DNA of 61,008 nucleotides, filler included, from Acidimicrobiia bacterium (GCA_029210695.1; 4 parts of 4 records of this genome joined end to end with filler, not necessarily neighbours in it), one strand, 5' to 3'. Counted from the first letter of the whole stretch, positions 47,970 through 58,879 are shown. The notes: generated by a model from the sequence alone, not told the origin. Program-made: numbers and translations.

Positions 47970-48193
47970 CTCGTACTCCGTTTCGTCCGCTGAGCTCACG
48001 TTACTCGGCGACCGTCTGACAACCTCAGCGGATGGCACTCCAGGGAACCCGGGCTGCCGGGCGCGGAACCGGTTCACCGATCGGGAGGACCCGGGCGGGC
48101 GGGATCGTGGGCGCCAGCCGCCAGGGCGGCACCGTCGCAGGCGCCAGCGAGAAATACACGGACACCGCCAGGCGGGTCGCCAGCGCATTGAAG

Positions 48194-49828
48194 CTAGATG
48201 CGGGCGTGCTCACGATAGGTCCCGAACACCTGCTTGAGCCGGTCGACGATCTCGCCCTGTGTTGCCCGCACCCGGCAAGCATCTACGAGCAAAGGCATGA
48301 GGTTTGCATCACCGCGGGCGCCTCGCTCGAGGGCGCCGAGTGCACGTTCGACCGCCCCGGCATCCCGCACCGATCGCAACTCCTTAAGCCGCAGGTTCTG
48401 GAAATGCTCGATTTCGGCTCCAATGCGCAGTATCTCGAGCCGGTCCTCTTCGTCCTTCTCGTACTTGTTCACTCCGACGATGGCACGCTCCCCGGAGTCG
48501 AGGGATTTCTCGAACTGGTAAGCCGATTCCGATAGTGCCATCTGGAAATAGCCCTCTTCGATGCCGCGCAGGGTGCCGTCCAACATGGACCCTTCTCCCA
48601 ACCGGTCGACATGCTCGAGGATCTCCATGGCCAGCGCCTCCATGCGGTCCGTCATCTCCTCGACGAACCACGAGCCGCCCAGTGGGTCGATTGTGTTGGC
48701 AACACCCGTCTCCTCGGCAATGACCTGCTGGGTGCGAAGGGCGATTTCGGCGGCCTTCTCGGTCGGAAGCGCGTACACCTCATCGAGGGCGTTGGTGTGG
48801 AGACTCTGGGTTCCACCCAGGACCGCCGCCAGCGCCTCGACGGCGGTCCGAACGATGTTGTTCTCCGGCTGCTGGGCGGTTAGTGATACGCCCGCCGTTT
48901 GTGTATGGAACCGCAGTTTCAGTGACCGTTCATCTTTGGCTCCGTAGCGGTCTCGCATCCAACGCGCCCAGATCCGCCTGGCCGCCCGGAACTTGGCGAT
49001 CTCCTCGAAGAAGTCCACATGGGAATCGAAAAAGAAGGAGAGGCGAGGGGCAAAGGCATCGACATCGAGGCCGCGGCGCATGAATGATTCGACATAGGCG
49101 AACCCGTCTCCCAGCGTAAACGCCAGTTCCTGAGCGGCCGTGGCGCCTGCTTCGCGAATGTGATAGCCGGAGATCGAGATCGTGTTCCACTGCGGTACCT
49201 CGTCGGCACAGAACTCAACCATGTCGCCCATCAGCCGAAGGTGAGGTTCGGGCGGGAAGACCCACTCCTTCTGAGCGATGTACTCCTTCAGGATGTCGTT
49301 CTGGAGTGTCCCCTGCAAAGCCTGCCAATCGACGCCCTGTTCCTCGGCGGCCACCAGCAGTTGCGCGAACAGAATCTGGGCAGGACCGTTGATGGTCATC
49401 GAGACCGACACCTTGTCGAGCGGGATCTGGTCGAACAGAGCCACCATGTCGTCTGCCGAGTCGACCGCGACGCCGCAGTGCCCCACCTCACCCAGCGAAA
49501 TCTCATCGTCTGAGTCATACCCCATCAGCGTTGGCATGTCGAAGGCGACCGACAGGCCGTCCTGGCCTTGCTCGAGCAGGTACCGGAATCGGTCATTCGT
49601 AGCGCCGACGTCGGCGAAGCCGGCGAACTGGCGGATTGTCCACAACTTTCCCCGATAGCCGGTCGCATGAATCCCGCGCGTATAGGGGTACTGGCCCGGG
49701 AACCCGATCCGCTCGTCGACATCATCGGGTGAGCTCAACGCCGGCACATCCTCGAAGGACAGCGTCTCGAACCGGTCCTTGCGCAGCCTGCCGGCCTCGT
49801 AGTCCTCCTGCCAGGCGCTTTTCGTCAT
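48194..49828 (-). CDS. icmA: B12-dependent acyl-CoA mutase large subunit, isobutyryl-CoA mutase type
   Basis: [18 protein letters not shown] (Phe), [10 protein letters not shown] (Gln), [11 protein letters not shown]; no B12-binding domain. Confidence 0.8.
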   Translation of the reverse strand: MTKSAWQEDYEAGRLRKDRFETLSFEDVPALSSPDDVDERIGFPGQYPYTRGIHATGYRGKLWTIRQFAGFADVGATNDRFRYLLEQGQDGLSVAFDMPTLMGYDSDDEISLGEVGHCGVAVDSADDMVALFDQIPLDKVSVSMTINGPAQILFAQLLVAAEEQGVDWQALQGTLQNDILKEYIAQKEWVFPPEPHLRLMGDMVEFCADEVPQWNTISISGYHIREAGATAAQELAFTLGDGFAYVESFMRRGLDVDAFAPRLSFFFDSHVDFFEEIAKFRAARRIWARWMRDRYGAKDERSLKLRFHTQTAGVSLTAQQPENNIVRTAVEALAAVLGGTQSLHTNALDEVYALPTEKAAEIALRTQQVIAEETGVANTIDPLGGSWFVEEMTDRMEALAMEILEHVDRLGEGSMLDGTLRGIEEGYFQMALSESAYQFEKSLDSGERAIVGVNKYEKDEEDRLEILRIGAEIEHFQNLRLKELRSVRDAGAVERALGALERGARGDANLMPLLVDACRVRATQGEIVDRLKQVFGTYREHARI

Positions 49829-50124
49829 CCCGATTCGCCCTCGTCTTTCACCTTCACCTCTGACCCGCAGTTCGGGCACACCGCCACCTCGATGTCGCCA
49901 ACGATGAACGAAAACACGCAGTTGCTACAGGTCGTCTTGGGTGAGGGCGGATCCGGCTGCGGAGGCGGTGGTTGGGCGGGTTCTCCTGCAAACCCTCCTC
50001 CTGCCCCGGGCGGCATCGCGCCGGGCGCCCGGACTTCATTGGGCGACCCACAGGACGGGCAGTTGAACCGGCCCGGACCGGGGATCTCTACCTCACTTCG
50101 ACATGCTCCACAACGAACCCTCAC
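49825..50124 (-). CDS. Double zinc-ribbon protein
   Basis: CGAC...CPSC, Pro-rich linker, CSNC...CPNC; 4-nt overlaps with both neighbours. Confidence 0.7.
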   Translation of the reverse strand: MRVRCGACRSEVEIPGPGRFNCPSCGSPNEVRAPGAMPPGAGGGFAGEPAQPPPPQPDPPSPKTTCSNCVFSFIVGDIEVAVCPNCGSEVKVKDEGESG

Positions 50125-50546
50125 GTCACTACCTCTCCTACCGCTCCGATGGCTTCCAGATAGGCCGCTTCGCCTGCCAGAACGGCGCGTATCTGATCCT
50201 CACTGTATTCAACCTGCTGTTTGGCGGCTGCCTGGACCTGAATGTACTCGACGGCCTGGTCGGTTCCGCCGGCGACGACGTCCCCGCCTCCAAGGCGATG
50301 GGACCTCCTGGCCAGCATCTGGAGGAAGTACACCTCCCACTCGAGTATCCGGCGAATATCTGCGCGTCCAAGGGCTGTCTCCCCATCGAGGAGCGCAGCT
50401 ACGAACCCGGCGGCATCTTCGATGACGTAAACGGGGGCAGCAGGGATACGGCGCTCCCGGGCGTTGCGCCAGACCATCACCGCCAGGATCCCCAGGAAAA
50501 CGGTCAGCAGGATGGCTCCGAGTGTAACTCCGGTCAATCCGCTCAT
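50121..50546 (-). CDS. Membrane-anchored hypothetical protein
   Basis: N-terminal TM; ...EAAYLEAIGAVG; overlaps next gene. Confidence 0.7.
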   Translation of the reverse strand: MSGLTGVTLGAILLTVFLGILAVMVWRNARERRIPAAPVYVIEDAAGFVAALLDGETALGRADIRRILEWEVYFLQMLARRSHRLGGGDVVAGGTDQAVEYIQVQAAAKQQVEYSEDQIRAVLAGEAAYLEAIGAVGEVVT

Positions 50547-50672
50547 GGGTCGTCATGGTACCGGCACCACGCAGAACGGATGGCGAAGGCGTATCGCACT
50601 CGGGAAGAGGCCGGTGGACGCATTTCTACGCCGGTCGGCCGGCAGCGACGGGCCCGGCTCTACAGTGTTGAC

Positions 50673-51272
50673 ATGGAGATACTCGTTGACGATGGGCAGG
50701 TTCGTATCGGCCGCCTCATCGTCGGGCCTCTCGAGAACAACGTGTACGTTGTCGCTTCCTCCGGGCAGGCGGCCATCATCGACGCGGCGGCTGATCCCGA
50801 CCGAATCGTGGCCGCGGTCGAAGAGCTGAACGTCCTTGCCGTACTCACCACACATGGACATCAGGATCACATCGGAGCGCTCGAAGAGGTGAGGCGGAGA
50901 CTCGGTGTTCCGTTCCTCATGCACCCGGCGGACTCCGCCATCGCAGGGATCATTCCCGATGTGCCACTGGTCGATAGGGAGGACTTCCTCATCGGCGGGC
51001 ATTCGCTGGCAGCAATCCACACGCCCGGCCACACGCCGGGCTCGACCAGCTTGTTGATGGGCCGCCATCTCTTTACCGGCGACACGCTCTTCCCCGGGGG
51101 GCCGGGAGCCACCCGCTTCCCGTATGCCGACTTCGATACGATCATGCGCAGCCTCGACGAGCGCCTGTTCGTACTCGGAGACGACACGCATGTATACCCT
51201 GGACATGGGGAGGCCACCACCATCGGTGCCGAACGCCCGCATGTAGAGGAATGGCGCCGGCGGAGGTGGTGA
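50673..51272 (+). CDS. MBL-fold metallo-hydrolase (glyoxalase II-like)
   Basis: THGHQDHIG, HTPGHTPG, FTGDTLF, YPGHG. Confidence 0.92.
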   Translation: MEILVDDGQVRIGRLIVGPLENNVYVVASSGQAAIIDAAADPDRIVAAVEELNVLAVLTTHGHQDHIGALEEVRRRLGVPFLMHPADSAIAGIIPDVPLVDREDFLIGGHSLAAIHTPGHTPGSTSLLMGRHLFTGDTLFPGGPGATRFPYADFDTIMRSLDERLFVLGDDTHVYPGHGEATTIGAERPHVEEWRRRRW

Positions 51273-51411
51273 CGGTCGGCCAACCCATCTCGTAGGCGCG
51301 GGGCCGATCGCCAATTGCCATGAGGGTTCCGACGGATTCTGGAGACTCCCCTTCGGCCCATCTCAGACCACGACCGAGGGGGCCCGGTTGCGCCGGACCC
51401 CCTCTTGGTTT

Positions 51412-53427
51412 CTACTGCAGGTCCAGGAAGGCCTGCTCGGTCAGCGTCTCGAGATCGCTCTTCATCAGCCCTTTGTAGCTGAGCGTGTAGAGCGAATCGC
51501 CGACGACCACCGAACGGCGGATCTGGGCGTTCCACTCGTCGGTTCCGCCGGTCATGTGGGTGATGGTGTCGATCTTCTCGATCCCGTCCCTGGTGGCCTT
51601 GATCCCGACTGCTCCGGCGAAGAAGTCGTCGCCCTTCGTCTCATCCCAGCTGTAGCGCTGGATCGGGACGATGGTCAGGCCGGTGGCGGGCCAGTAGAGG
51701 AATGCCCGGTGGTCGTACTCGACCTCCGATGAGCTGTCTTCCAGCGTCATCTTGTGTAGGCGCTGCGGATTAGCCGGGTCGGACACGTCGAACACGGCTA
51801 TCTGCGTTCCGAGTGTGCGGCCCTCTTCGGAGGCATCCTGCCCGACTCCGAGGAGCAGCCCATCGCCGATCGGGTGCAAGTAGGCCGAGTAGCCGAGGAT
51901 CTTGAGCTCGCCTGTGACCTTCGGAGCGGTGGGGTCGGAGAGATCGATCACGTAGAGAGGGTCGGTCTGGCGGAAGGTTACGACATAGCCGGTGTCGCCC
52001 ATCATCCGCACTGCGTAGATCTGCTCTCCGAGGCCGAGTTCGCCGACCTGCCCGACCTGTCGGAGCTTGCCGCCGTCCTCGTCCAGGATGGTGACGAAGC
52101 TCTCGGATTCATCGGTTCGCCATCCCCACCACGATCCGGCGTCGGTAGTTGCCACCCGCAGGTAACCGCCGTCCTCGGACATCGACCATTGACTCAGCAG
52201 ATGGCCGGGGACCTCGCCGGTCGCCTTGTAGACGGTCTCATCCGGGTCCGAGATGTCGAACTTGTGGATGGCAGTGGTGTACCCCTCCGTTTCCTCGGCG
52301 ATCGCATCTTCATTCTCGAAGAGCTGCCAGTCGACCCAACGAGTGGTGGCGACGTAGAGGCTGTCCGCTGAGGCGTAGACAGTTTCGCCGTCTGCCATGA
52401 CACCAACCGACTTGTCCGGGTCGATGCCCTTGCTCATGTCGACCGTCAGAACGGTCAGCATGCCGAAGCCGGAGAACTCTTCCGGATGGAAGGCCTGCTC
52501 GCAAGCGAGCAGATTCCCCTCGGTGGTCGTCGAGACGCCGCCGCGGTGATCTTCGAGCACGTAGTAGGGAACCCAGTTGTCGATGGTCGAGTTCTGGATG
52601 ATTTCCTGATTGGCGAGTTCTGCGTCTCGCTCTGCGCGCAGGCCGGAACCGCTCGGGTACTCGAATTCGAGGCCGGTCGGGAAGGCACGGAGCACTATGC
52701 GAACGGTGTTGTCGACCATCCGGGCGCTGAGGTACGTCCCGTCGAGGAACAACTCACGGTCGATGGCGAGGTCGGTCGCGTCGCTCATGTCGATCTCGGT
52801 GATGACGGTGAGAGGGCTCCCCCACGGCCCGGGTGAGATGCCCCTGGAATCGGCGATCGGGACCGAGTAGTAGTCGGAGTTGCCGAGGACCAGAATGCGA
52901 TCATCAGACATGAGGATTTCGGAGATCCACACCGTATTCAGCGTGATCGAATCCAGCAGCAGCGGTTCGTCACCGGTGACGTCGATCACGTAGAGACGCT
53001 GGTCGGCGACGGCCACGATGCGCTTGCCGTCGGTCTTGACGATATCGGGTTCGTCGACGCCCACTTCCTGGACGTTGGTCTTGGAAAACTCATCGCTTTG
53101 GGCGGTGGTCGTCGCCGGCGAAGCACTCGATCGCTGCGCTCCCCCTGCTGAGTCGGAGGCAACCGACTCCTCAATGGCGAACGCCATATCGTCGAACATC
53201 CACGGCCCCCCGGTTCCGTCGAGGCCCCACGGTCCGACCCGTTCGAGGGCTTCTGCCTGAATCCAGTCGAGCAGTTCGTCGCAGTGATTGAACTGCACGA
53301 GGGCTCCGGCGAAGGCGCCGGTAACGTTGCCGGGCCCGCCGGGCGGGCTAGTCGTGGTGGCACTGCCGGTGCCGCAAGCAGACGCCACGAGTGCGATGGA
53401 AAGGATCATGAGCATGAGTCGTCGCAT
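51412..53427 (-). CDS. Secreted beta-propeller domain lipoprotein
   Basis: Lipobox ASAC; TNVQEVGVDEPDIVKTDG, YVVTFRQTDPL, GELKILGYSAYLHP. Confidence 0.88.
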   Translation of the reverse strand: MRRLMLMILSIALVASACGTGSATTTSPPGGPGNVTGAFAGALVQFNHCDELLDWIQAEALERVGPWGLDGTGGPWMFDDMAFAIEESVASDSAGGAQRSSASPATTTAQSDEFSKTNVQEVGVDEPDIVKTDGKRIVAVADQRLYVIDVTGDEPLLLDSITLNTVWISEILMSDDRILVLGNSDYYSVPIADSRGISPGPWGSPLTVITEIDMSDATDLAIDRELFLDGTYLSARMVDNTVRIVLRAFPTGLEFEYPSGSGLRAERDAELANQEIIQNSTIDNWVPYYVLEDHRGGVSTTTEGNLLACEQAFHPEEFSGFGMLTVLTVDMSKGIDPDKSVGVMADGETVYASADSLYVATTRWVDWQLFENEDAIAEETEGYTTAIHKFDISDPDETVYKATGEVPGHLLSQWSMSEDGGYLRVATTDAGSWWGWRTDESESFVTILDEDGGKLRQVGQVGELGLGEQIYAVRMMGDTGYVVTFRQTDPLYVIDLSDPTAPKVTGELKILGYSAYLHPIGDGLLLGVGQDASEEGRTLGTQIAVFDVSDPANPQRLHKMTLEDSSSEVEYDHRAFLYWPATGLTIVPIQRYSWDETKGDDFFAGAVGIKATRDGIEKIDTITHMTGGTDEWNAQIRRSVVVGDSLYTLSYKGLMKSDLETLTEQAFLDLQ

Positions 53428-53492
53428 GGGATTTCCTCCGGTTTGTTCTCCATTGCGACGCACCGCGCTCCTTGATCGGTTCCCGGTTTTCT

Positions 53493-54260
53493 TCATGCTT
53501 CGATTCCTGCGACTCGCGCCAGGGCGGCCTCGCCCAGAGCGTAGGTCAGCGCGACGCCACCGGAATCGAGTCGCTCCTGAACGCGTCGGCCAATGGATCC
53601 GTCGCCGATCGAGGCGTAGAGACGATCGCCGGGGCAGGTGGTCGCCGCGTAGTCACGATGGCCGCCGATCGTGGCCGGATCTACCCCGAACTCGGCGGAC
53701 GCCCAGGCGAGCAGCAGCACCAGGGATTCGAGCTGCCGGTCCGTCGGTTCCTGCTCGCTGTAGTTGCCCTCGAGCACGGGGAGAAAGTGGCCGGCCGGGT
53801 CGTAGTTCGTGAAGGTGTCTCCGGGAGCCGAGTACGGCCTGGCCTCGTAGACGTTGCCGTCCCGATCTATGGCGAAGTGATAGGCGAGGTCGGCCCAGCC
53901 TTGCTCCTGGTGGTAGGCCTGGTGGCCGCGCAGGCGAGCCGGAGCGAGGCGATTGTCCGTCAATATCACCGAAGTGTGATGGACGGTCAGGTGATCGATC
54001 GTGTGGGTGCCGTACTCGGCCACAGGAGGCCGGGCTCCCCATCCCTCTCGCCCGATCACCTCGAGTGCGACCGGTGGCCTGGTGGTCGTCGTGGTAGCCG
54101 GCATCGTCGTTGTGGTCGGGAGCGGGCCAGAAGTCGTCACGGTGGTCGAAACCGGCGCCGCCGTCGGCACCGGGTCGTCCGGGCGACGCTGCCACAGTGC
54201 AAAGCCGCCGAGGCCGGCGGCCGTCATCAACAGGAATCTCCGGCGGGTGATTGGCTCCAT
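53493..54260 (-). CDS. Tat-exported N-acetylmuramoyl-L-alanine amidase (PGRP/Amidase_2)
   Basis: TRRRFL Tat motif; WGARP, VHHT, WADLAYHF, GHRD...TCPG. Confidence 0.88.
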   Translation of the reverse strand: MEPITRRRFLLMTAAGLGGFALWQRRPDDPVPTAAPVSTTVTTSGPLPTTTTMPATTTTTRPPVALEVIGREGWGARPPVAEYGTHTIDHLTVHHTSVILTDNRLAPARLRGHQAYHQEQGWADLAYHFAIDRDGNVYEARPYSAPGDTFTNYDPAGHFLPVLEGNYSEQEPTDRQLESLVLLLAWASAEFGVDPATIGGHRDYAATTCPGDRLYASIGDGSIGRRVQERLDSGGVALTYALGEAALARVAGIEA

Positions 54261-54305
54261 CCTGCTTGTACCCTATCGAGCACGGCCGGATCTCAGGAGG
54301 AACGT

Positions 54306-55232
54306 GTGGACTTCGCATTGATGACCGAACCGCAAATCGGAGGTACATACGAGGAACTTCTCGCCGCGGCGATATGGGCCGAGAACAACGGATTGGTGAG
54401 TTTCGCTCGTTCGGACCACTACTACGCCAGCCGGGATCCGAAGCCGGACGCAACGGATGCCTTCGCCACCCTGGGCGGACTCGCCCGCGAGACGAAGACC
54501 ATCCGACTGGCCGTGCTCGTGTCACCGATCACGTTCCGTCATCCGGCGGTCATCGCCAAGGCGGCGGTGACGATCGACCAGATGTCCGGCGGGCGCTTCG
54601 ATCTCGGCGTGGGCACCGGTTGGATGGACCTCGAACATGAGGCCTTCGGACTCCCTTTCCCGCCGTGGGGCGAGCGATTCGAACGTTTTGAAGAAGCGCT
54701 CGAATACCTGGCAGCCGCCTTCGGCGGAGAACCGGCTGACTACGAAGGCACCTACTACCGGCTGACGGGTGACATCCAGCCGAAACCCATCAATCTCCCG
54801 ATCATCATCGGTGGCTCAGGCAAGTCCCGGACCCCGAACCTGGCGGGCAGGTTCGCAGATGAATACAACCACTTCGTCGGCACGGCCGCCGACATCGCTC
54901 CGAAGATCGTCGTGGTGCGGGAATCCGCAGAGGCTGCCGGACGGGATCCGGATGCAATCACGATGAGCGTGATGGGCCCGGTCCTGGTGGGGAGAGACGA
55001 GGCGGAATACCGATCGAACCTGGCCGCCGCCGCCGCGGAGCGCGACCGCACCCCGTCGGAGTTCGAGGAACGCTGGACGAAGGCCGGAATCCCCGTCGGA
55101 CCGCCCGAACGCGCACGGGAGACACTCGCGGAACTGGAAGACGCCGGCGTCACGAAGTACTACGTGCAGCACCTCGACCTCTCCGACCAGAGCACCATGC
55201 CCGCCACATTCGAGACCTTGCGGGGCAAATAG
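54306..55232 (+). CDS. LLM class flavin (probably F420)-dependent oxidoreductase
   Basis: RSDHY, FRHPAVIAK, DQMSGGRFDLGVGTGW, IIIGGSG; GTG after AGGAGG. Confidence 0.9.
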   Translation: MDFALMTEPQIGGTYEELLAAAIWAENNGLVSFARSDHYYASRDPKPDATDAFATLGGLARETKTIRLAVLVSPITFRHPAVIAKAAVTIDQMSGGRFDLGVGTGWMDLEHEAFGLPFPPWGERFERFEEALEYLAAAFGGEPADYEGTYYRLTGDIQPKPINLPIIIGGSGKSRTPNLAGRFADEYNHFVGTAADIAPKIVVVRESAEAAGRDPDAITMSVMGPVLVGRDEAEYRSNLAAAAAERDRTPSEFEERWTKAGIPVGPPERARETLAELEDAGVTKYYVQHLDLSDQSTMPATFETLRGK

Positions 55233-55286
55233 CCGTTTTCGCGCGGGAATCCCACCTCATAGGGTGGGATTCCCGCGCGAAAACGG
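55233..55286. terminator. Perfect 24-bp inverted repeat between convergent genes (bidirectional terminator or REP-like)
   Basis: CCGTTTTCGCGCGGGAATCCCACC-tcatag-GGTGGGATTCCCGCGCGAAAACGG. Confidence 0.7.
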
Positions 55287-55292
55287 TCTGGG

Positions 55293-55766
55293 TTAGCGGC
55301 TGATGTCTGCCCAGGTGGCTCCGCTGAGCCTCATCAAATCGTCGAGCGAGAGGGAGAATACGCTCGAGGGCGTGCCGCCCGCCGCCCACAACAGCTCATT
55401 CCGGCGAAGTTGCCGGTCCGCGAGAACCGTGATCGGATGTTCATGCGCGAAGGGCGGGGTGCCGCCTGCGACGTATCCTGTTGCAGCCCGCACCTCGTCC
55501 AGGGACGCCCGCCGGGACCGCTTTCCACCCATCGCATCGGCGAGTTTTCGGTCGTCGAGGCGCAGGTCGCCGGGAACGAGCGCCAGGACCGGTTCGTCAT
55601 CGACCATGAACACAAGCGACTTCACGATGGCGGCCACCTCACACCCGACGGCCCCGGCCGCGTCTGCTGCGGTCTTGGTCCCGGCCGGGAAGTGCTCGAC
55701 CACGACCGTCACTCCGCACGAGGCGGCGAAGTCGACGATCCGGCGGGTCGCTCTGGGGAGCGTCAA
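55293..55766 (-). CDS. YbaK/EbsC family aminoacyl-tRNA deacylase-like protein
   Basis: TKTAADAA...IVKSLVF, TGYVAGGTPPF, WAAGG. Confidence 0.9.
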   Translation of the reverse strand: MTLPRATRRIVDFAASCGVTVVVEHFPAGTKTAADAAGAVGCEVAAIVKSLVFMVDDEPVLALVPGDLRLDDRKLADAMGGKRSRRASLDEVRAATGYVAGGTPPFAHEHPITVLADRQLRRNELLWAAGGTPSSVFSLSLDDLMRLSGATWADISR

Positions 55767-55824
55767 TCGCGTTGTCCGGAAGGGCTCATAGACTGCGAAA
55801 CTACCTTCCCGGAGTTGACCTCGC

Positions 55825-56829
55825 ATGACCCGCCTCGCATTACTGCTTTCAATCACCGTCCTGATCGCCGCCTGCGGCGGAGCAGGGCTGGTGGAATTTG
55901 CATACGGGTACGAGGTGGGGGACCACCTCGTCTACGACGTCACCCTCGAACAGCGTTTGATCACTACGGTCGACCTCCAGTCGGCGCCGGCACTGCTGGG
56001 GGGCGCCGACCTTCCTGGCTCCGCGGATGTACTCGTGCGTTCCGACGGGCAAGTCGTTTACGACGCGGCGGCCGGACCGGACGAAGGAACGTTCGCCATC
56101 ACCGCCACGACGACATTCACCGAGACAACCATCAGCGGTGAGGTCGACGGCGAGTCCATCGACTCCCTCGACGCCGTCCCGGAAGGCTTGGCTCCCAACC
56201 TCGATCCACAGACCGTCACAATCGTTATCGACGGCAACGGGGTGGTTCTCTCGTCGACCGCAGATGAGACAAATCCGCTCGCCCTCCTCGATAACCCCAT
56301 CGGCATAGGAACCTCGGTCGGCTTCGATCCGCTCAACGGTCACCTCGGCCCGGAGTTCCAAACGGGAAGCCTTGCCGAAGGCGACAGTTGGACCACGGTG
56401 TCGTCGGTCTCGGTGCTCAGCGCCACGGTCGAGACCACCACCGCACACCTGCTGTCGACGCTAGAAGGCGACCTCGCCTCCATCGACACCACCTATTCCA
56501 ACGACGGGTTCACCCTCTCGCTCGGCGATCTCCTGCAGTTGTTCTTCGGCGGGTCGGCTGATCTCACCGACGGGACCCAGAGCGGCGATCTTCCATCGAC
56601 GGTGACGGGGTCCGGATTCGACCTCACCATCAGCGGCAGTCCGCTCGAGGGCCGGGGAACCTCCGTGTTCGACACGGCGGCCGGCGTCCTGATGACCTAC
56701 GAAGCCTCTGCAACAATCCCTGCCATGATCTCTGTAGCCTTCCCGGACGACACGACGGGCGAACCGGTGGAAGGCGGCATCGGCCTCGTGATGGAGGTCT
56801 CGGTGACTGCAGCACTCGCCGGCGAATGA
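55825..56829 (+). CDS. Hypothetical acidic lipoprotein
   Basis: Lipobox IAAC; beta-rich acidic sequence. Confidence 0.7.
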   Translation: MTRLALLLSITVLIAACGGAGLVEFAYGYEVGDHLVYDVTLEQRLITTVDLQSAPALLGGADLPGSADVLVRSDGQVVYDAAAGPDEGTFAITATTTFTETTISGEVDGESIDSLDAVPEGLAPNLDPQTVTIVIDGNGVVLSSTADETNPLALLDNPIGIGTSVGFDPLNGHLGPEFQTGSLAEGDSWTTVSSVSVLSATVETTTAHLLSTLEGDLASIDTTYSNDGFTLSLGDLLQLFFGGSADLTDGTQSGDLPSTVTGSGFDLTISGSPLEGRGTSVFDTAAGVLMTYEASATIPAMISVAFPDDTTGEPVEGGIGLVMEVSVTAALAGE

Positions 56830-56873
56830 GTCCCCATTTTCACTATCTACGTGTTGCTAATTAAGATGGGCAG

Positions 56874-57629
56874 ATGTCCGACCACCCTCTTCTGAAGATC
56901 GAGAACCTCCATGCGTCGGCCGGCGACGTTGAGATCCTGCGCGGCGTTGACCTGACCGTCAACAAGGGCGAGATACACGCCCTCATGGGCCCCAACGGCT
57001 CCGGCAAGTCAACGCTGGCCAACGTGCTGATGGGCCACCCCTCCTACACGGTCACCGAGGGACGGGTTCTCTTCAAAGGTGAGGACGTTACCGAGTCCCC
57101 GACCAACGACCGATCGAACATGGGGATGTTCCTCGCCTTCCAGTATCCCGAGGAGATTCCCGGCGTTCCGATCGTCCAGTTCTTGCGGGCTGCCTTTTCC
57201 AATCGCACCGGCATCGACTACACGGTGCTCGAGCTTCGCCTGCGGGTCATGGACGTCATGCGCGAACTCGGGATGGAACCGGGGTTCGCCGATCGCTACC
57301 TCAATGAAGGATTCTCCGGCGGAGAACGCAAACGCAATGAGATCCTCCAGATGGCAGTGCTCGAGCCAGAACTCGCCGTCATGGACGAAACCGACTCCGG
57401 CCTCGACATCGACGCCCTCAGGATCGTGGCGGAAGGGGTCAACAAGCTGACCGGCCCCGAACGCGGTTTCCTCATCATCACGCATTACCAGCGGCTGCTC
57501 GACTACATCACCCCCGACCACGTCCACGTATTCATCGACGGACGGGTGCTGACCTCGGGTGGATCGGAGCTCGCAGAACGTCTGGAAGCCGACGGCTACG
57601 ACGCATTCCGGGAAGAAGCATCAGCCTGA
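56874..57629 (+). CDS. sufC: Fe-S cluster assembly ATPase
   Basis: MGPNGSGKST, FLAFQYP, NEGFSGGERKRNE, DETDSGLDIDAL. Confidence 0.96.
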   Translation: MSDHPLLKIENLHASAGDVEILRGVDLTVNKGEIHALMGPNGSGKSTLANVLMGHPSYTVTEGRVLFKGEDVTESPTNDRSNMGMFLAFQYPEEIPGVPIVQFLRAAFSNRTGIDYTVLELRLRVMDVMRELGMEPGFADRYLNEGFSGGERKRNEILQMAVLEPELAVMDETDSGLDIDALRIVAEGVNKLTGPERGFLIITHYQRLLDYITPDHVHVFIDGRVLTSGGSELAERLEADGYDAFREEASA

Positions 57630-57630
57630 C

Positions 57631-58863
57631 ATGACCGACCTCTCGCATCTGCGACGGGATTTCCCCATTCTCAGACGCGAAGCTGAGGGGCATCCCGTCG
57701 TCTTCCTCGACTCGGCGGCGAGCGCACAGAAACCGGGTTCGGTGCTCGACGCCATGGACCGGTTCTATCGATCCCAATATGCCAACGTTCACCGGGGGGC
57801 CTACCGGTTGTCGCAGGAGGCCACCGGGCTCTATGAAGATGCACGGGCCCGGGTGGCTGCCTTCATCAATGCCGGCTCACCCGAGGAGATCATCTTCACC
57901 CGGGGAACAACGACCGCTCTCAACGGCCTGGCGAGCAGCTGGGGCTACGACCATCTCCAGGCAGGAGACCGGGTCGTCCTCTCCATGATGGAGCACCATG
58001 CCAACATCGTTCCCTGGCAGCTCGTGGCCGCCCGGACCGGAGCCGAACTCGTCTACATACCGCTGACCCCGGATTACCAGATCGACCTGGAAGCACTCGC
58101 GGCAACGATCGACGAGCGGGTCAAGATCGTCTCGCTGACCGGCATGTCGAATGTCCTGGGATCGATCCCCCCGATGCACCTGGTCGCCGACCTCGTTAGG
58201 GCCGGCTCGAAGGCCGTGATCATCGTGGACGGAGCCCAACTCGTTCCACACGCCGAGGTAGACGTGCAGACCCTTGGAGCCGACTTCCTGGCCTTCTCCG
58301 CCCACAAGATGCTCGGCCCGACCGGGATAGGTGTTCTGTGGGGCAAACCTGACTTGCTGGAGGAAATGGAGCCGTGGGAAGGCGGCGGCGAGATGATCTC
58401 CACCGTCGATCTCTTCGAGTCGACCTGGGCGCCGGTGCCGCAGAAGTTCGAAGCAGGCACTCCCCCGATTGCCGAAGCGATCGGCCTCGCCGCGGCCGTG
58501 CACTACCTCGAGGAGGTCGGCATGGACGCCGTCCGCTCGCATGATCTCGACCTCACCGCCTACGCGCTGGAGCGGATGAGTGAAGTACCCGATCTCGTGC
58601 AGTACGGACCGACCGATATCAAGACCCGGGGCGGCGTGATCAGCTTCACCCTCGGCGACGTACACCCGCACGACATCGCCACGATCCTCGACAGTCGCGG
58701 CATCTCCGTGCGGGCCGGACATCACTGCGCCAAGCCGCTGATGGCCGACTTGTGCGTTGCTGCTACGGCCCGAGCTTCGTTTCACGTCTACAACAGCCAT
58801 GACGACGTTGACGCCCTCATCGCCGCGCTCCATGAAGCCCGATCTCTGTTTGGGTTGGGGTAG
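57631..58863 (+). CDS. sufS: Cysteine desulfurase
   Basis: LDSAAS, ANVHRG, EHHAN, SAHKMLGP, RAGHHCA. Confidence 0.96.
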   Translation: MTDLSHLRRDFPILRREAEGHPVVFLDSAASAQKPGSVLDAMDRFYRSQYANVHRGAYRLSQEATGLYEDARARVAAFINAGSPEEIIFTRGTTTALNGLASSWGYDHLQAGDRVVLSMMEHHANIVPWQLVAARTGAELVYIPLTPDYQIDLEALAATIDERVKIVSLTGMSNVLGSIPPMHLVADLVRAGSKAVIIVDGAQLVPHAEVDVQTLGADFLAFSAHKMLGPTGIGVLWGKPDLLEEMEPWEGGGEMISTVDLFESTWAPVPQKFEAGTPPIAEAIGLAAAVHYLEEVGMDAVRSHDLDLTAYALERMSEVPDLVQYGPTDIKTRGGVISFTLGDVHPHDIATILDSRGISVRAGHHCAKPLMADLCVAATARASFHVYNSHDDVDALIAALHEARSLFGLG

Positions 58864-58879
58864 AGGTAGGGTTCCGCCG

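Noticed and set aside
47975..48190. Cobalamin riboswitch next to the B12-dependent mutase
   Set aside because: Lies downstream of the mutase and lacks recognisable B12-box motifs; kept only as an unclassified ncRNA candidate
53472..54305. Long N-terminal extension of the LLM ORF (likewise 50103-50672 for MBL and 28884-29120 for the ABC gene)
   Set aside because: Extensions overlap real opposite-strand genes; better starts exist downstream
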